This document shows positions 37,623 to 46,500 of a DNA stretch of 64,000 bases, in pieces (the first letter of the stretch is position 1; each line of letters begins with the position of its first letter). The stretch is from contig CAVPLT010000005.1 of NCBI GenBank assembly GCA_963706325.1, positions 192,001-256,000 on the forward strand, read 5' to 3'. The notes under the pieces are model-generated. The model worked only from the letters and a program-made list of their open reading frames with translations. It was not told the origin of the DNA and ran no database searches. Both the position numbers and the translations under genes were made by a program. The DNA comes from an uncultured Nitrospiraceae bacterium. Its GTDB lineage: Bacteria; Nitrospirota; Nitrospiria; Nitrospirales; Nitrospiraceae.

Positions 37623-38219
37623 TTATAAGGCCCTGTGGGCCGTGACGATGAGAATTTGGGCCGGTCTCTGGCTCTTGTTCCGCCAGCAGTGCGGGCTGCC
37701 CGCTGGAATGCCTGCAGCATCGCCACGCTTGAGGTCGTGGATATCCTCTTCAAGCGTCAGTTCGACGGTCCCTAGGAGGACGACCGCCAATTGCTCGGCT
37801 CGCCGAACGTAGGGTTTATGTCCACTCTTTCCACCCGGTTGAATGGTGATGACCATGGGTTCCAACTGGCTGTCTTGATTGAACGGCCCCAACGCTTCAA
37901 TTTTAGCGCGGGACCATTCGCTCTGGACCATCGATCGTGCGTTGGAGCGGATGATTGCCGGCAAGGGCGGGTCTACCGCCCGAAAAAACTCTCCCAGGGT
38001 GACACCGAGCGCAGAGGCGATCTTCTCCGTGGAGGCGATTGAGGGCGAGGCCTGGCGCAGTTCAACTTGCGAAATGAAACTGGGAGAGAAGCCGCATTTA
38101 TCGGCGAGCGTTCGCACCGAGAAATGACGTGTTTTTCGCAGATGGCGAACAATATCACCGACGTGCACTTCAGCTTTTTGTGGGGGCGCTTTGATCGACC
38201 GGACGGTTTTCTTCGGCAC
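37623..38219 (-). CDS. XRE-family HTH + cupin transcriptional regulator
   Basis: VRHLRK..SVRTLA..SPSFISQVE..SPSI; cupin LKRGD...PHCWRN. Confidence 0.9.
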   Translation of the reverse strand: MPKKTVRSIKAPPQKAEVHVGDIVRHLRKTRHFSVRTLADKCGFSPSFISQVELRQASPSIASTEKIASALGVTLGEFFRAVDPPLPAIIRSNARSMVQSEWSRAKIEALGPFNQDSQLEPMVITIQPGGKSGHKPYVRRAEQLAVVLLGTVELTLEEDIHDLKRGDAAGIPAGSPHCWRNKSQRPAQILIVTAHRAL

Positions 38220-38448
38220 AGTGTCAATCCACTGATGGTTTGAGACCAGCAATTAGGAAACTATCGTACGCCCCGGGCGCGGCGCTCACCTGTGTAGCAT
38301 GTTTTCTCAGTGAGTCTCAAGCGGCCAGGGACGTGCGCTGGCCGCTCCTATCCGTTTCCAATCTAGGCCACCGGAGATACCCCCGCGAACCGGGGAGTCC
38401 TAGAGATTTCCCCACTGCCTGGTTCATTCCGAGTAATCACATGCTGGC

Positions 38449-38471
38449 TATGTCCAGCCCTACTGGACATA
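38449..38471. promoter_or_regulatory. Palindromic operator candidate
   Basis: TATGTCCAG-CCCTA-CTGGACATA, a perfect 9-bp inverted repeat in a divergent intergenic region. Confidence 0.45.
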
Positions 38472-38619
38472 TGTTAATCTGAAAAGGACAGGGTTGTTTA
38501 CGTTCACGGGTATCCAGCCAGAGAAGGCTGTCGAGCACTAGGGGATATACTGTCCTGATGCGTGGCGTGCGGGCGATACGTTCGATGGATACGACACTAA
38601 AGGAGAGGAATCGCCATCG

Positions 38620-39993
38620 ATGAAGGACAAAGCCGCGCTCGCGACTCTGGTGATTTTTCTCGGCGGTTTTGCCGTCTTGTGGCTGACGGGAGTGACGAGT
38701 ACAAGACATCTCATCGACAACATGGTGGCAGGGTATTTATTGGCGTGGGGGTTGTATGTTTTTTTATCCGACGTCCCGCGCAAGGAAATTCGGGCGCGAT
38801 TTCTCCTCATGACGGTGGTCGGGGCAACTCTGCTCGGGATAGCCGAATTCTTTGGCGTGGTGGGTGTGATCAATTACCAAACCCTGCTAGGCACCCAAGG
38901 GCGGATATGGTTTGACCGGCCAGGCTATGTTCACGATTCTGAGTTGGGGTACAGGCATGAGGCACATTATCGTGAACGAGGCGTCTTTGTCCGGGGAAAC
39001 ATCGGCGAAGCCCTATGTCTTCCAGCTCATCCGCCTGAAGAGTTCGACCTTCGGTATGACCAGCACGGATTTCGTAACGACGAGGATATGGAAAGGGCGG
39101 AGGTAGTGGTGGTCGGCGATTCGTATGTGGAGTCGCCTATGCTGCCCAAATCAGCGTTGTTGACGACCGTTATGGAAAAATCGCTTGGCGCTCCTGTCGT
39201 CAATTTGGGGATCAGCGGATATGGTCCCGAACAGGAACTCATTGTCCTGAAGCGCTATGCGTTGAAGGTACAACCCAAGACGATTGTGTGGATGTTCTTC
39301 GAGGGAAACGATCTTCTGCAGTTGGACCCCGAGGAGCAGGACACCGAAATAGCCCTCGCTGATCCGGGGGCTCGATATGACAAATATTGGATGCGGTCGC
39401 TGACGCGCAATTTATTGGTCCTGTCAAAAAGCGCAGCCCGAGGCTGTGTGCCCCACCAGACCTATTTGCAGTATCGGGGAGCATTTCAGGAGGCGGGCGG
39501 GAAACAAACCGAAATGTTCTTCTGGGAGAAGCCGATACCCCTGAAGGCGACTGATCGTCTCCGGCTCGAACGGTTTCAAGCGATTCTAACGGAGGCGCAT
39601 GAGTTGTGCCGGCAACAGGGAATTCGGCTCGTGGTGGCCTTTGCGCCAGTCAGCTATCGGGTACACCAGGGGTTGGCAAACTTTGAACCGTTGACCCCAG
39701 AAATGAAGGAGTGGCCGCTCAATAATCTGCCTGACGAACTGGCGCACCTGCTACGGGCGATTTCTCCGGACATTGATTTCCTCGATCTGACTCATCCGCT
39801 CAGAACAGCTGCCGCCTCCGGGGTGTTGACGTATCTGCCTGACGATACGCATTGGACCGCCCACGGGCAACGCGTTGCGGGGCAGGCGCTCTATCAACGC
39901 GTCACGGCGATAGCCTCACGACCCACCTCGAGCGCGAATGCCTTGGGGCGTGAGTTCTTCACCTCGCGGCGAGGGTGGTTGCATCACCTCTAG
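38620..39993 (+). CDS. Membrane-anchored SGNH-hydrolase / AlgJ-AlgX-like O-acetyltransferase
   Basis: N-terminal TM segments; GDSY, NLGISGYG, EGNDL, DDTHW. Confidence 0.82.
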   Translation: MKDKAALATLVIFLGGFAVLWLTGVTSTRHLIDNMVAGYLLAWGLYVFLSDVPRKEIRARFLLMTVVGATLLGIAEFFGVVGVINYQTLLGTQGRIWFDRPGYVHDSELGYRHEAHYRERGVFVRGNIGEALCLPAHPPEEFDLRYDQHGFRNDEDMERAEVVVVGDSYVESPMLPKSALLTTVMEKSLGAPVVNLGISGYGPEQELIVLKRYALKVQPKTIVWMFFEGNDLLQLDPEEQDTEIALADPGARYDKYWMRSLTRNLLVLSKSAARGCVPHQTYLQYRGAFQEAGGKQTEMFFWEKPIPLKATDRLRLERFQAILTEAHELCRQQGIRLVVAFAPVSYRVHQGLANFEPLTPEMKEWPLNNLPDELAHLLRAISPDIDFLDLTHPLRTAAASGVLTYLPDDTHWTAHGQRVAGQALYQRVTAIASRPTSSANALGREFFTSRRGWLHHL

Positions 39994-40767
39994 TGCTACG
40001 TAGATGTCAGGGTGTCGAAACGTATAATGAAAGTGTTCGACCAGTTTCTTATTATGAATGCATTTTCCTGATGTCGTATCGCTCTCCTGTCGTGGGCTGA
40101 CGATCCCCCACCGCCTGGAGGCCTCCGCGCAGATATCCGCCCAAGGTCGCGGTTGACCATCACTCACATTGTAGACCTCGCCGGCTTGCCCGTCCTGCAG
40201 CGCCAAGAGACAGAGGCGCGCCAGGTCTTCAACATGGATGAAATTTACCATCTTAGTAGTCGGCCCGACCCGTCCTTGCCTGATCCATTCCAAGGGGCTG
40301 CGTTGCGGGCCGTAAATGCCGGCCGCCCGCAGGATGATCGCCCCATGTTCGCTGCGCAAGTATTCCTCGCCCTGGACGCGCAACAGGTTGGTATTGATCG
40401 GGCTGGTCTCGTCGATCCAGCGAGCAGGGGCCGCGGCATCACCACTCTCGGTGTCATAGGCCGACGTGCTGCCCAGGACCACCAGCCTTTGAGGCGGCCT
40501 GCAATAGTGCCGTCCAAAGGCCTGCACGTGCGCCAGGGGGGTCGCTGGAAAGGTCCAGATCAGGTCTGCGCCCGGCGGCAGCGATGACCAGCTCGCGGGG
40601 TCCGCAAGGTCGAATCGAAGGCGGGCCTGCGGCTCGACATAGGTCAGGTGAATGTCAGGCCGGCGACTGCTGGCCTGGATCGGCAGAGACTGCTGTCCGG
40701 CCACTCGATACAGGTATCGCCCGGTGTAGCCGGATCCTAAAATAATAAGGGGGCGCTGAGGAGGCAT
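39916..40767 (-). CDS. Atypical SDR / NAD-dependent epimerase family protein
   Basis: ILGSGYTG, GSTSAY, LRAAGIYGP, FIHVEDLA, YNVSD. Confidence 0.85.
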   Translation of the reverse strand: MPPQRPLIILGSGYTGRYLYRVAGQQSLPIQASSRRPDIHLTYVEPQARLRFDLADPASWSSLPPGADLIWTFPATPLAHVQAFGRHYCRPPQRLVVLGSTSAYDTESGDAAAPARWIDETSPINTNLLRVQGEEYLRSEHGAIILRAAGIYGPQRSPLEWIRQGRVGPTTKMVNFIHVEDLARLCLLALQDGQAGEVYNVSDGQPRPWADICAEASRRWGIVSPRQESDTTSGKCIHNKKLVEHFHYTFRHPDIYVALEVMQPPSPRGEELTPQGIRARGGS

Positions 40768-40867
40768 CTGGACATCATACCCCAACTGTACCCTGGTTCA
40801 CCGTTTGCGCGTTCTGCCGGGCCCATCCTGGTCTCCGGAGCGGAACGCATGCTAGAATCCCGCCCCG

Positions 40868-42010
40868 ATGACACCTTTCAAAGAACGACAGGAGGACACT
40901 CAGGCCCTCGCGGGCGGGTCAACTGAGGCGTCAGCGCGTCGGAGGCAAAACCTCATGGTCGCGATGGCGGGCCTGCTGGCCTGCCTCTTTTTTGTGCTGG
41001 ATCTCCTGCTGCCGTTGGGACTGGCCGATGCGGTCTTGTATAGCGCCGTGGTGTTTCTGTCCGCAGCCAGCCGGTACCGGCGTCTGCCTGTCGTGACGGC
41101 GACGGCCTGTTCCCTGCTGACATTTATCGCCGCGCTGTTCAGTCCGCGCGTACCGGGTCTGCCAGTCTGGTTTGAATGGAGCAATCACCTGCTTAGCCTG
41201 TTCGGTGTGTGGGCTCCGGTCGCCTTCGTGTATCAGCGCCGACGTACCGAATGGCTCCTTAAGGACGCCAACGAGCAGCTGGAACAACGGGTGGAAGAAC
41301 GCACCGCGGATCTCGCAGCCAGCCGTCAGGCACTGGTGCGAAATGAGGAACAGCTGCACACGTTGACGGGTCGGATTCTCACGGCTCAAGAAGAAGAGCG
41401 CCGGCGGATCGCACAGGATCTGCATGATGATGTAAACCAGCGCCTGGCATTGCTCATGCTGGAATTGCAGGGTGTCGATCGGCGACTCGGCCTTTTGTCG
41501 ACTGAAGCCCAGGAGGAAGTTCGCCATGTGCTGAAAGGGCTGGAAGAACTCTCGGACGATGTGCGGTATATGGCGTACCGGTTCCATCCATCGATCTTGG
41601 ATGATTTGGGGCTGAAGGCGGCGTTGCAGCGGTTGCTCGATGATTTTTCAAGTCGATCCGGAGTGAAGGCCCTCTTCGTTCATCAGCCGCTCGACCATGC
41701 GCTCGATAAAACTGCTGCAACGGCCTTGTATCGAGTCGTTCAGGAATGCCTCTCGAATATTGCCCGCCATGCGAAGGCTTCAAGGGTTGAGGTGGAAGTG
41801 ACGTTGGAAGAAGAGGGCATAGTCGTGGTGGTGCGTGATGACGGCATGGGGTTTGATCAGATGGCCGTTGGTCGGGCGGTCGGTGGCTTAGGATTACTGA
41901 ATATGCGGGAGCGTCTGTTGGCGGTGCATGGATCCTGCGAGGTGGAATCCACACTGGGGAGCGGGACGATCGTGTCGATGTACGTGCCGCTGGTGCGGGT
42001 GACGACATGA
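40868..42010 (+). CDS. Membrane sensor histidine kinase (HisKA_3)
   Basis: N-terminal TMs; EEERRRIAQDLHD, QECLSNIARHA, DDGMGF, GLGLLNMRER. Confidence 0.93.
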   Translation: MTPFKERQEDTQALAGGSTEASARRRQNLMVAMAGLLACLFFVLDLLLPLGLADAVLYSAVVFLSAASRYRRLPVVTATACSLLTFIAALFSPRVPGLPVWFEWSNHLLSLFGVWAPVAFVYQRRRTEWLLKDANEQLEQRVEERTADLAASRQALVRNEEQLHTLTGRILTAQEEERRRIAQDLHDDVNQRLALLMLELQGVDRRLGLLSTEAQEEVRHVLKGLEELSDDVRYMAYRFHPSILDDLGLKAALQRLLDDFSSRSGVKALFVHQPLDHALDKTAATALYRVVQECLSNIARHAKASRVEVEVTLEEEGIVVVVRDDGMGFDQMAVGRAVGGLGLLNMRERLLAVHGSCEVESTLGSGTIVSMYVPLVRVTT

Positions 42011-42651
42011 CATTGCCGCGCGTGCTGCTGGCAGATGATCACACGCTGGTGTTGGAAGGGTTCCGACGGCTGCTCGATGAGCAGTGCGAGCTGGTTGGAA
42101 CCGTCGGGGACGGGCGCGCGTTGTTAGAGGCCGTTCCGCAGTTGAAACCGGATATCGTCATTCTCGATATTTCGATGCCGGTGCTGAACGGGATCGACGC
42201 GGCTCGTGTCCTGAAAATCAAGTATCCCCACGTCAAAGTCGTCTTTATCACGATGCACGCGGATCCGGCCTATGTCCGGGCGGCGTTCGAGGCCGGTGCT
42301 TCGGCTTATTTGCTCAAGCGTTGCGTGGGCGAAGAATTGGGGCAGGCTATGCGGGCCGTGCGAAGCGGTAATTTCTACGTGACGCCTCTCGTCACGAAGG
42401 AAGTGGTGGAGGGTATGCTGCGCGGGATCGATGGCGGAGCGCCGGCCGGGCCCGAGCTCACGACCCGACAGCGCGAAGTCCTACAGCTTTTGGCAGAGGG
42501 GCATACGGTGAAAGATATCGCCGGTACGTTGAAGATTTCTCCGCGCACGGTCGAATTTCACAAAGGGCAAATCATGGAACAACTCAACCTCCACACCACC
42601 GTTGAACTCGTGAAATATGCTTTGGCGCAAGGATTGACCGGTCAATCCTAA
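42007..42651 (+). CDS. NarL/LuxR-family response regulator
   Basis: LLADDH, LDISMP, LTTRQREVLQLLAEG, ISPRTVEFHK; ATGA overlap with the kinase. Confidence 0.95.
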   Translation: MTLPRVLLADDHTLVLEGFRRLLDEQCELVGTVGDGRALLEAVPQLKPDIVILDISMPVLNGIDAARVLKIKYPHVKVVFITMHADPAYVRAAFEAGASAYLLKRCVGEELGQAMRAVRSGNFYVTPLVTKEVVEGMLRGIDGGAPAGPELTTRQREVLQLLAEGHTVKDIAGTLKISPRTVEFHKGQIMEQLNLHTTVELVKYALAQGLTGQS

Positions 42652-42809
42652 TACCTTCCCAGCCGGTCGGTCCTTTCGACCGTCGATTTGTCTTACCAGT
42701 CATAAAACAAGTATCTTAAAGCGGCGCAGACCCGTGTTGTTACGCGTGTGGTTTTCCCTTCACTTGCCTACGATACACCTCCTTTTTCTAAGCAGTCATT
42801 CGTAGGATT

Positions 42810-43241
42810 ATGGGAAAACACATGCCACGTCCACGGGTTCTCATCGGTGATTCGTCGCGGGCCATGCTGGCCTTTTTGGAAATTCTCTTAGAATCGCAGT
42901 TTGAGGTCATCGCTTCCGAAACGGAGAGCGAAGCGCTCATACTGATTGCAAAAAGTCTGACGCCAGACCTAGTAGTCCTGGATTTTTCACTATCTTTTCT
43001 GGAAGGGCTCTCAGTCGGTCGGCAGCTTCAAGATGCGGTGCCAAGCACGAAGGTAGTGTTTTTTTCGTCCCATGAAGATCCCGCCTATGCCACGGCGGCC
43101 TTCGAGGTGGGGGCTATGGGATATCTCGTGAAACAACACACGGTCGACCTCGGCCATTACCTTGGGCGGGCGCTGCGAGGTGAACGGGTCTGTTGTCCTG
43201 ACCATATCCAAACAAAGGCGGCCGGCAAGAAGAAGAAATGA
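42810..43241 (+). CDS. Single-domain receiver protein
   Basis: VLIGDS, PDLVVLD, FFSSHEDPAY, GYLVK; no HTH. Confidence 0.8.
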   Translation: MGKHMPRPRVLIGDSSRAMLAFLEILLESQFEVIASETESEALILIAKSLTPDLVVLDFSLSFLEGLSVGRQLQDAVPSTKVVFFSSHEDPAYATAAFEVGAMGYLVKQHTVDLGHYLGRALRGERVCCPDHIQTKAAGKKKK

Positions 43242-43289
43242 CCAGTGATCAGGAGCGACGAGGCTGTTTCATGCAAGAGGAGACCGACG

Positions 43290-43493
43290 ATGGTTCGAGT
43301 CATACCAATGTGTGGATTATGTCGACGTGTTCGGGACGACGGGTTTCCGGCGAGAGAGGCCACCAGTTGGGTGGATTTTCCCAGCTATCTGACACGGCAT
43401 GTTGTGCCGCAGTCTCAGGTGCAGTTTTCAAGCGACTATTGCGGTGAGTGCCGCCTGTCCTTCGAGATTTTAAAGAGCTATGGGAGTTCGTGA
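43290..43493 (+). CDS. Small Cys4 (CxxC...CxxC) protein
   Basis: RBS AAGAGGAG; IPMCGLCRRVRDD...W...Y....H...FSSDYCGEC. Confidence 0.7.
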   Translation: MVRVIPMCGLCRRVRDDGFPAREATSWVDFPSYLTRHVVPQSQVQFSSDYCGECRLSFEILKSYGSS

Positions 43494-43593
43494 CGTGATC
43501 GAGCTCTCCTGAGGTCGATCGAGCTGCGATGACTTTCGCGAAGGCCTGCGAGGGCGGATTCTTTGTGTGCACCGGGTATGCTACGATCATTCC

Positions 43594-46500
43594 GTGATGC
43601 CCACCCTGCCGTTCCATCCTATCATTGCCGATTGGTTTGCAACTCGATTCGCCTGCGCCACCGATGTCCAGATGCAGGCATGGCCGGCCATTCAATCTGA
43701 CCGTGATGTCCTGATCGCCGCCCCGACGGGCTCGGGCAAGACCTTAGCCGCCTTTCTCACCTGTATCGATCGACTGTTCCAAAAGGCTGTGAACTGTGAT
43801 TTGCGGGATGAGACCCAGATTCTCTACGTCTCGCCGCTGAAAGCCCTCAGCAACGACGTTCAAAAAAATCTGCAACAGCCGCTTACCGAGATCGGCCAGG
43901 CTGCCTTCGCGGCAGGGCTGTTGTTGCCTGAGCTGCGGGTCGTCGTGCGTACGGGCGATACGCCGATGACCGAACGGCAACAGATGCTCCGGCGTCCGCC
44001 GCATATTCTCATCACCACACCAGAGTCGCTGTTCATTCTCCTGACAGCGGAAAAAAGTCGAGCCATGTTGAAGACGGTGCGCACCGTCATCGTAGATGAA
44101 ATCCATGCCGTCGCTCCCAACAAGCGTGGAGCGCACCTGGCTTTATCGCTGGAGCGCATGGGCGCCCTCACCGGCGGCCTCGTGCAACGAATTGGATTGT
44201 CCGCGACACAGCGACCGATTGAGACCGTGGCGGAATTTCTTGTGGGCCGGCGCCCCTTGCCGCAGGTGATCGATGTCGGTCATCGCCGCGATATGGATCT
44301 GGCCGTCGAGGTGCCGAAAGACGAACTCGGAGCCGTCGCTACCAATGCCATTTGGAGCGATGTCTACGACCGCCTGGCCGAACTGGTCGAATCCCACCGA
44401 TCTACCTTGGTATTTGTGAATACGCGCCGATTGGCGGAGCGGGTGTCGCATTACTTAGAAGAGCGGCTGCGTCATTTGGGGGAAGGGGTGGTGGCCGCGC
44501 ACCACGGCAGCCTGTCGCGCCAGATCCGTCTGTCCGCGGAAGACCGGTTGAAAAATGGGTCTGTGCGTGTCGTGGTCGCGACGGCTTCGCTGGAACTTGG
44601 CATCGATGTGGGGACCGTTGATCTGGCCTGCCAGATCGGATCGCCGCGCTCCATCGCGACATGTCTCCAGCGTATGGGCCGGGCGGGTCATTGGGTGCAC
44701 GCCACCCCGAAAGGCAGGCTCTTCGCGACCACGCGGGATGAATTGATCGAGTGCGCCGCATTGATTCGGTCGATCAGGGCCGGACTATTGGATCGGATCC
44801 AGGTGCCTTCTGCCCCACTGGATGTCTTGTCTCAACAGATCGTCGCCGCAGCCGCCACCCAATCATGGGATGAAACAGAGCTGTTCGACCTCGTCCGCCA
44901 GGCCATGCCCTATCGGGATGTGACTCGAGAGACGTTCGATGCCGTCGTCAGGATGCTGGCGGAGGGGTTTGTGACCAGTCGCGGGCGCGGCCGGGCCTAT
45001 CTCCACCATGACCGCATCAATCATCAGATCCGCGGCCGGCGGGGGGCGCGATTGGCGGGACTCACCTCCGGTGGAGCGATTCCCGACACAGCGAACTACG
45101 TCGTTATCGCGGAACCGGACGGGACGGTCGTGGGGTCGGTGGATGAAGATTTTGCCGTCGAGAGTCTGGCAGGGGACATCATTCTTCTCGGCAATACCTC
45201 CTGGCGGATCAGAGGAGTCGAAACGGGCAAGATGCGTGTGGAGGATGCGCAGGGGGCTCCGCCGACCATTCCATTTTGGCGCGGAGAAGGGCCCTCCCGT
45301 ACGGCGGATTTGTCCGCTGAGGTGGCCCATCTGAAAGCGGATATTGATCGTCGACTCAGTGCTGACTCAGTATCCCAGACGCCGTACGCTCCACCGGTGC
45401 AGTGGCTGAAACAGGAATGCAGTCTGGACCAGCGTGGGGCACAGCAGGCCGTGGAGTATGTGCTGGCGGGCAAGGCCGTGTTAGGCACGGTCCCGACGCA
45501 ACAGACCATGGTGGCGGAGCGATTCTTCGATGAAAGCGGCGGGATGCAATTGGTCATCCATGCGCCGTTCGGCGGCCGGGTGAATCGGGCCTGGGGACTG
45601 GCACTTCGAAAACGGTTTTGCGTGACCTTCGATTTCGAATTACAGGCGGCGGCGACGGACGAAGGTATTGTGTTATCCCTGGGTGAACGGCACAGTTTTC
45701 CGCTGGATACGGTTTTTGCGTTCCTGAACCCCAAGACAGTCCAGGAGGTGCTGACCCAGGCGGTGCTGCAGGCGCCGATGTTCATGACGCGCTGGCGGTG
45801 GAACGCCACGCGAGCCTTGGCCCTGTTGAGGTTTGTCGGCGGCAAACGAGTGGCCCCGCAGATTCAGCGCATGCGGGCCGAGGATTTGCTGGCGGCCGTC
45901 TTCCCGGATGCGCTCGCCTGCCAGGACAATTTTCATGGGGAGCGGACGGCACGACAGATACCGGATCATCCGCTCGCGCAGGAGACGATCCGAGATTGTC
46001 TTACCGAAGCCATGGACGTCGAAGGCTTGATCACGGTGCTGGAGAAAATCGAATCGGGTGCGATCGCCTGTGTGGCCGTCGATACGCCTATGCCGTCCGC
46101 GTTCTGCCATGAAATTTTGAATGCCAATCCCTACGCCTATCTCGACGATGCCCCCTTGGAAGAACGCCGGGCACGGGCCGTGGAAATGCGTCGCACCTTG
46201 CCCCCTGAATTGGCGGGCGGGATGGGCGCGTTGGACCAATCGGCGATCGACCAGGTCATCGAGGAATCCTGGCCGGTCGTGCGCGATGCCGATGAATTCC
46301 ATGACGCACTCCTGTCATTAGGGTGGGTGCCATGCGATCACATGCCCGAGTGGAAGCAGTGGGTGCCGGTGCTGACCGCCGCCGGCCGGCTGGTCACGGT
46401 GTGGCGTGCCGACAGCCAACTGGGCTGGGCGCCTGCCGAATATCATCATCTTGTTCAGTTGTTGTTTCCCGATGACCGGATCGATCCAGCTCATTCCGCT

